Part shown: piece by piece, positions 27,405 to 33,090 of the stretch
How the letters are laid out: each line of letters begins with the position of its first letter
Numbering within the stretch: the first letter of the stretch is position 1
Assembly (NCBI GenBank): GCA_043823315.1
Contig: JBDRAU010000029.1
Coordinates: forward strand, 1-33,090
Length of the DNA stretch: 33,090 bases
Direction of reading: 5' to 3'
Source: a bacterium
GTDB lineage: Bacteria; Patescibacteriota; UBA1384; DTJR01
The notes under the pieces: model-generated
Told to the model about the DNA's origin: nothing
The model's database searches: none
Seen by the model: only the letters and a program-made list of their open reading frames with translations
Translations under genes and position numbers: made by a program

Positions 27405-27439
27405 CGGCATAAAATTGACGGCCGTCAATTTTATGCCAG
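27405..27439. repeat. Right 35-bp palindromic repeat
   Basis: CGGCATAAAATTGACGGCCGTCAATTTTATGCCAG; perfect 32-bp palindrome core; 34/35 identical to the left copy in inverted orientation. Confidence 0.95.
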
Positions 27440-27491
27440 TTTAAATCGATATAAATTTGACTGAGGGGCGATTTCGAGTTACATTTTGGCT

Positions 27492-28106
27492 ATGAGCTTA
27501 AAAAGAGATGTTGAACTATTGTTTGAAGCGGGGACGCTTAGGTTTGTCGATCGGATGTGGAAGCAACTATTCGGGCCCGAACTTCAGAACGATGCCGAGC
27601 ATGCCTTTCGTGTAATTTGGTCAGCACTTATTTTGGCGAAGATGGAACAGCTTTCTGGGCGGAACAGAAAGCAAAATATAGATACAGGAAAATTAATTAA
27701 AATGGCCCTTGTTCATGATCTGGTTGAGAGCCGAACCGGCGACACCCATTATCTTTCTCGCCGCTACACCAAGCGCGATGATATGCTGGCGATAAAAGAT
27801 ATTTTTAAATCAACCTCGCTCGACAAAGAATTTGTTGAGATTTTTAAAGAATACGAGGAGCGAAAAACTCTGGAAGCGAAAATTGTCAAAGATGCCGATA
27901 ATTTGGATATTGATATTGAAACTCGTGAAGTGGAGTACCGCGGTGGCAAAATTCCGCGAATGTGGAGAAAATTTAGAACAACTGCAAGAGCAGATTTTTA
28001 CACCAAATCGGCCAAGAAGCTAGCGCAAGCGGTTGTGAAGGCCGATCCGAACGACTGGCATCAGCTAGGGAGAAACCGGTTTACGACGGGGGATTGGAAG
28101 AAGTGA
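27492..28106 (+). CDS. HD-domain hydrolase (YfbR/HDDC2-like)
   Basis: AEHAFRV, ALVHDLVESRTGD, VKDADNLD. Confidence 0.88.
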   Translation: MSLKRDVELLFEAGTLRFVDRMWKQLFGPELQNDAEHAFRVIWSALILAKMEQLSGRNRKQNIDTGKLIKMALVHDLVESRTGDTHYLSRRYTKRDDMLAIKDIFKSTSLDKEFVEIFKEYEERKTLEAKIVKDADNLDIDIETREVEYRGGKIPRMWRKFRTTARADFYTKSAKKLAQAVVKADPNDWHQLGRNRFTTGDWKK

Positions 28107-28118
28107 CAGTACTCGTTT

Positions 28119-28196
28119 ACCCCGCGTAGCTTCAGCGAAGTGGGGTCATCCCGCGCTTGATGCGGGATCCAGTTTAAAGTTCATAAAGTTAAAAAG
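28119..28196. repeat. Cluster of repeats: CCCCGCGTAGCTTCAGCGAAGTGGGG, GTCATCCCGCG..GCGGGATC and AAAGTTCAT units
   Basis: Hairpins visible; matches to 6371 and to the rRNA leader repeat units. Confidence 0.7.
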
Positions 28197-28203
28197 TAAT
28201 GAT

Positions 28204-28231
28204 TTGCTTCGGCAGATTTTTTTGTTACACT
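28204..28231 (+). promoter_or_regulatory. Putative pyrF-pyrE promoter
   Basis: TTGCTT-16 bp-TACACT with TG extension. Confidence 0.45.
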
Positions 28232-28355
28232 CCAAGTTAGAAGACACAGGGAATTCCTTATTCTTTGACAAGGAGGAGAAACGAGAACTAGACGTTGGCA
28301 GATGTAAATAGACAACCTAGAGTTGGAAAACCGAGCAGAAAGCTGGTGCTAAACT

Positions 28356-29078
28356 ATGTCGGGTATTATCAAACGGCCGAGGAGTATCATTCCGGCCTGT
28401 GATGTTGCGACTATCGCCGAGCTAGGCAAGCTGGTTCAAGCGACCCACAATGTTGTGGGGACCGGTGGCTACAAGGTGGACGGCCCGGGAAGCTGTGTGC
28501 TTAGGGTCGGTCTAGAAGCAGCTGTGGCAGAGGTTCGGAATTGGTCCGACCTGCCGATCATCTACGATCACCAGAAGGCGGCGACGGACATACCGGATAT
28601 GGGTGTCAACTTCGCCAGGAACTTGGAGGGGCTGGTCGATGCGGCCATCCTCTTCCCGTTCACCGGCCCCGAGACCCAGACGGCGTGGACCAAGGCGCTA
28701 CAGGACGTCGGGATCGTCCCGATCATCGGTGGCGAGATGACCCATCCCGGGTTCAACGAGATCGAGGGCGGGTATATCGCGACCGGCGCTCCGAAGCGCA
28801 TGTTCGAACTGGCTGTCACAGATGGTGTGCGCGACTTCGTGGTTCCCGGCAACAAGCCAATCGTGGTCGCTGCTTGCCGAGAATTGCTCGAAGAGCTACT
28901 CGGAGATGAGCCGTTTGATCTGTACGCCCCCGGCTTCATCAAGCAGGGTGGCGTGATTTCAGATGCTGGCCAAGTCGCTGGTGATCGCTTCCACGGCATT
29001 GTCGGCCGCGGGATCTATGAGGCCGAAGACATGCGCGTGGCTGCCGAGGAGCACTGCAGTCAGATCGTCGCCGTCTAG
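28356..29078 (+). CDS. pyrF: Orotidine 5'-phosphate decarboxylase (divergent)
   Basis: IIPACDV, GYKV, YDHQKAATDIP (variant of DxKxxDI), APG..QGG, IVGRGIY; adjacent to an OPRT-like gene. Confidence 0.85.
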   Translation: MSGIIKRPRSIIPACDVATIAELGKLVQATHNVVGTGGYKVDGPGSCVLRVGLEAAVAEVRNWSDLPIIYDHQKAATDIPDMGVNFARNLEGLVDAAILFPFTGPETQTAWTKALQDVGIVPIIGGEMTHPGFNEIEGGYIATGAPKRMFELAVTDGVRDFVVPGNKPIVVAACRELLEELLGDEPFDLYAPGFIKQGGVISDAGQVAGDRFHGIVGRGIYEAEDMRVAAEEHCSQIVAV

Positions 29079-29131
29079 GCGGCACGGCAAATAGACGCAA
29101 TTCTCCCGAAGTGGAGAGAGGAGGAGAGGAT

Positions 29132-29863
29132 ATGTCTACGATTTTGACTTTCACACGACCGGATCAGCTCGATCAGATCATGCCGGGCATGACGCTCGGT
29201 CAGGCTGAGTTTGAGCACATCATGAAGATGCTCGGTCTGATGTGGACGTACGATGGAGAGCCCTGCGAAGAGAAATCACATGCCCAGCTCGCATCGCCTA
29301 TGCACTCCAACGGGTTCTTCGACGTCGGATCGCTGATGAAGGGGTATCCCGAAGTACGTTGGAACTTGGCCCAGCAGCTTGTGGATCGCTTCAGTGCAAA
29401 TCAGGCGGGCCCGATTCACGGAGTAATCGGCGCTCCGACTTCCTCGACCGATCTCGCTGGTGACGTTGCTGAGATTCTCCGCGTCAGGCACTTTATCCTC
29501 GACAAGATAGAGGGTGGTATTGTCTGGCGTGAAGACCAGGAGAATATCCTGGGTTACGAGTGTCTTCTGCGCGTCGAGGAACTGATGACCACGGCCAGCT
29601 CTTGCGAGAAGGCGATGGAGGCGGTACTGGCCGGCAATCCCGGATGGGGCGGTACCTACTACCCGATCGTCTACACGATCGTGGATCGCTCTGACCCGGC
29701 TGCTGGCCCGCTGTCCGTGCGCGGATCTACCGTGGATTCACTCTTCCGCTACGAGGTCCGCAACTTCGATCCGGCTGTTTGCCCCTACTGTGCCGTCGGG
29801 TCGCCGGCACTCAAGCCCAAGGAAAATCGCGAGATCTTCTTCCCGAACGCGGTCGCCGCCTGA
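29132..29863 (+). CDS. pyrE: Orotate phosphoribosyltransferase-like type I PRTase
   Basis: LASPMHSNGFF, PRPP-loop variant LRVEELMTT, IVDRS, C-terminal CPYC; follows pyrF. Confidence 0.75.
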   Translation: MSTILTFTRPDQLDQIMPGMTLGQAEFEHIMKMLGLMWTYDGEPCEEKSHAQLASPMHSNGFFDVGSLMKGYPEVRWNLAQQLVDRFSANQAGPIHGVIGAPTSSTDLAGDVAEILRVRHFILDKIEGGIVWREDQENILGYECLLRVEELMTTASSCEKAMEAVLAGNPGWGGTYYPIVYTIVDRSDPAAGPLSVRGSTVDSLFRYEVRNFDPAVCPYCAVGSPALKPKENREIFFPNAVAA

Positions 29864-29932
29864 CCCCCATTTCCAGTCGAGACAATTCAATTTTGCGTTC
29901 CACCCGCAAAATCCCACGTCCCGACTACGCAC

Positions 29933-29959
29933 AGGTCCGCCCTCCCCGGCGGGCCTTTT
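29933..29959 (+). terminator. Intrinsic terminator
   Basis: AGGTCCGCC-loop-GGCGGGCCT followed by TTT. Confidence 0.7.
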
Positions 29960-30120
29960 GCTTTCTAGTAAAGCTATTCATATTTTTTAATCTGTAATCT
30001 GCCACTTCATTTAATAACTTATATTTAGGTTTTGGATCCCCCAAAACCGGATCGACGTCAAGTGGCAAGAATTTAATTTGCTAAACACAGGTTCGCTTTG
30101 CTACAATTTAATAAGAAAGT

Positions 30121-31065
30121 ATGAAAGCAAAACGGAAGAATATATTGTTAATAGTTGTAATTGCGCTTATTACGCTTCTGTTTTTAGCGGTAGTTTATTT
30201 AATTTTCAAAAATGGAATTTCAGCCAATACTTCATCTTCTTGTCCGCAATGGCAACCACCAGCTCAGGACTGGTGCAGTGATGGAAAAGTTGTTGCCGGT
30301 CAAACAATAGGGGATTGTACTTATCCACCGACCTGTGTAAAGGGTAGTATGACCCCGACTGTTACTACTACTGCGACTAGTAATTCCTGTCCACAGTTAA
30401 TGCCTATGAAACCAGGATGGTGCCCGAACGGGAAAATTGAAACGCAACAGAACAATTTAAACGGTTGTCCGCAGCCACCAAAATGTATTACAAATGATGC
30501 GATGTCATATACTTTTAATCTTACTAACGGATGGAATACCATTACAGTTCCTCAGTTTATGTTCGATAGCATGGATCCGATAAGTACTTCGACTTTTAGC
30601 CTCAAAGGTCTTTCGATATATGGTTATTCAAATAATAAGTGGGAGACCAAGCCACAGTTTTTTAGAAAAAACGGTTCTTATCTTATCTATAACTCCGAAC
30701 AAGATAGGTCTGTAACCGTTATGGCCAATGGCCAAATGATAATTGGCACATACAATGGATATAAGCTTAATCCGGGCTGGAATTTAGTAGGCAATAATGA
30801 GCTTTTTTCAAAGACTCCAAGTAAGTTTGATTTCACAACAAATGTCTCAAAGCCTGGCTGCACAACTCCTCTACTTTGCGATGAATCGAAGACGATTTCC
30901 CAGTTGTTTGCAGAGGGAAGAATCTACAAAAGGATTTACTTCTTTAACAATATGCAATCTACTGATCCAAATGTTTTCTACACGACGAAGGTTCTCTCTT
31001 CGGCTGACTTAGCAATTTACCAAATTCCCGCACTTAAGGCCTTTTGGATCTATCTATATAAGTAA
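30121..31065 (+). CDS. Secreted/membrane-anchored protein with two Cys-Pro repeats and GWN motifs
   Basis: KAKRK plus hydrophobic N-terminal helix; 2 x CPQ..P....WC..G.....C..PP.C; LTNGWN and LNPGWN; TTGCTA-18 bp-TACAAT upstream. Confidence 0.8.
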   Translation: MKAKRKNILLIVVIALITLLFLAVVYLIFKNGISANTSSSCPQWQPPAQDWCSDGKVVAGQTIGDCTYPPTCVKGSMTPTVTTTATSNSCPQLMPMKPGWCPNGKIETQQNNLNGCPQPPKCITNDAMSYTFNLTNGWNTITVPQFMFDSMDPISTSTFSLKGLSIYGYSNNKWETKPQFFRKNGSYLIYNSEQDRSVTVMANGQMIIGTYNGYKLNPGWNLVGNNELFSKTPSKFDFTTNVSKPGCTTPLLCDESKTISQLFAEGRIYKRIYFFNNMQSTDPNVFYTTKVLSSADLAIYQIPALKAFWIYLYK

Positions 31066-31115
31066 GCTCTGGCAAGTGAGACCGTTGAAAAACGCTAAAA
31101 ATTATCCAAATAACT

Positions 31116-31176
31116 TATTCTTCGAGCGAAGTCGAGAAGATTCAACTTTAGGGTTCTCGACGAGCTCGAACAATAA
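31116..31176. repeat. TTATTCTTCGAGCGAAGTCGAGAA...TTCTCGACGAGCTCGAACAATAA element
   Basis: Copy of the 15920 element lacking the 20-bp insert. Confidence 0.85.
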
Positions 31177-31217
31177 AATCAATTTTCAACGGTCTATCAG
31201 CAAGTCCCTGCGTCCTG

Positions 31218-31246
31218 TTGACACTAATTACAAGTTTTGTTATTAT
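31218..31246 (+). promoter_or_regulatory. Likely rRNA operon promoter
   Basis: TTGACA-17 bp-TATTAT with TG extension, ~445 nt upstream of 16S. Confidence 0.65.
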
Positions 31247-31378
31247 CAACCTTGGAGGCAATTTGGCTAACATGTATTGACATAGGATAGTGAGTTTATC
31301 AAGCAGCAAATCCAAGCACTGCTTGGATTTTTTAGTCAGTTAGCCAAAAACGCAAGTAATTTGATAATTTGGGGTTTT

Positions 31379-31432
31379 GTCATCCCTGATCCTAAGCTTG
31401 TCGAAGGAACTTGTCCTGAGCTCGCCGAAGGA
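31379..31432. repeat. CCTGAGCTTGTCGAAGG-type REP-like repeats in rRNA leader
   Basis: CCTAAGCTTGTCGAAGG and CCTGAGCTCGCCGAAGG; reverse complement of the gatC insert unit. Confidence 0.75.
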
Positions 31433-31483
31433 TTAGGAGCCCATTTCAATTACGTAATTGAAGTCTGACAAAACCAGATGAGA

Positions 31484-31624
31484 AGCGCTAAACCCGATGC
31501 GTAGCATCGAGTTCATAAAGTAAAAGGTTCATAAAGTTCATAAAGTGAGATGCAATAATACTTTACAAACTTTCAACTTTACAAACTTTAAAAACTCGCT
31601 GCTGCGCAGCGCGTGAGGGGCGCT
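31484..31624. repeat. Long imperfect hairpin of AAAGTTCAT / ACTTTACAA units in rRNA leader
   Basis: GC-rich outer stem with repeat arms at 31510-31546 and 31560-31589; inverted relative of the 16S insertion. Confidence 0.8.
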
Positions 31625-31689
31625 ATATAAAATCCTCGCACCAATTCTGAATTTAAACACTCTCCTTCGGGAGAGATAAGGATTCAATT

Positions 31690-33090
<1,401 letters not shown>

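Noticed and set aside
26814-27439. CRISPR array with cas2
   Set aside because: Only two repeats, separated by a whole gene, with no spacers and no cas1; the protein has an N-terminal wHTH and the WDG.W motif of PaaX-like proteins
29864-30120. tRNA or riboswitch in this intergenic region
   Set aside because: Only short hairpins and a terminator; no cloverleaf or recognisable aptamer seen here or elsewhere in the window
31076-31270. 64-aa ORF
   Set aside because: Runs through a palindromic repeat and the rRNA promoter; no coding signal

Overview
Low-GC chromosomal segment of a Candidate Phyla Radiation (Patescibacteria)-type bacterium using standard code 11 (genes end correctly at TGA). The lineage call is an inference from the 16S features and gene content. 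Left to right: a tandem array of at least four ~550-580 aa Cys-rich paralogs with a small basic gene and a convergent hairpin-RNA unit inserted in it; gatC-gatA-(HEPN-like)-gatB; a DUF5654-like gene and htrA; rpmE-prfA-prmC (minus strand); rpsB-tsf-pyrH, frr-rseP-tpiA-pgk-fba; tig; clpP-NIF3-nitroreductase-DUF4395; several GC-rich stand-alone genes including pyrF-pyrE; a PaaX/Cas2-like gene bracketed by 35-bp palindromic inverted repeats; an HD hydrolase; a secreted Cys-repeat protein; and a 3'-truncated 16S rRNA gene. The 16S carries a ~145-nt hairpin insertion whose inverted copy lies in the rRNA leader. Small palindromic REP-like repeats are scattered throughout, some nested in each other and some inserted in frame in gatC, prmC and rpmE. 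Best candidates for undescribed systems: (1) the palindrome-bounded PaaX/Cas2-like cassette, (2) the putative nuclease plus convergent small RNA from a perfect sigma70 promoter, (3) the complementary leader/16S-insertion pair, (4) the Cys-rich paralog array. All calls are by eye; no database searches were run.
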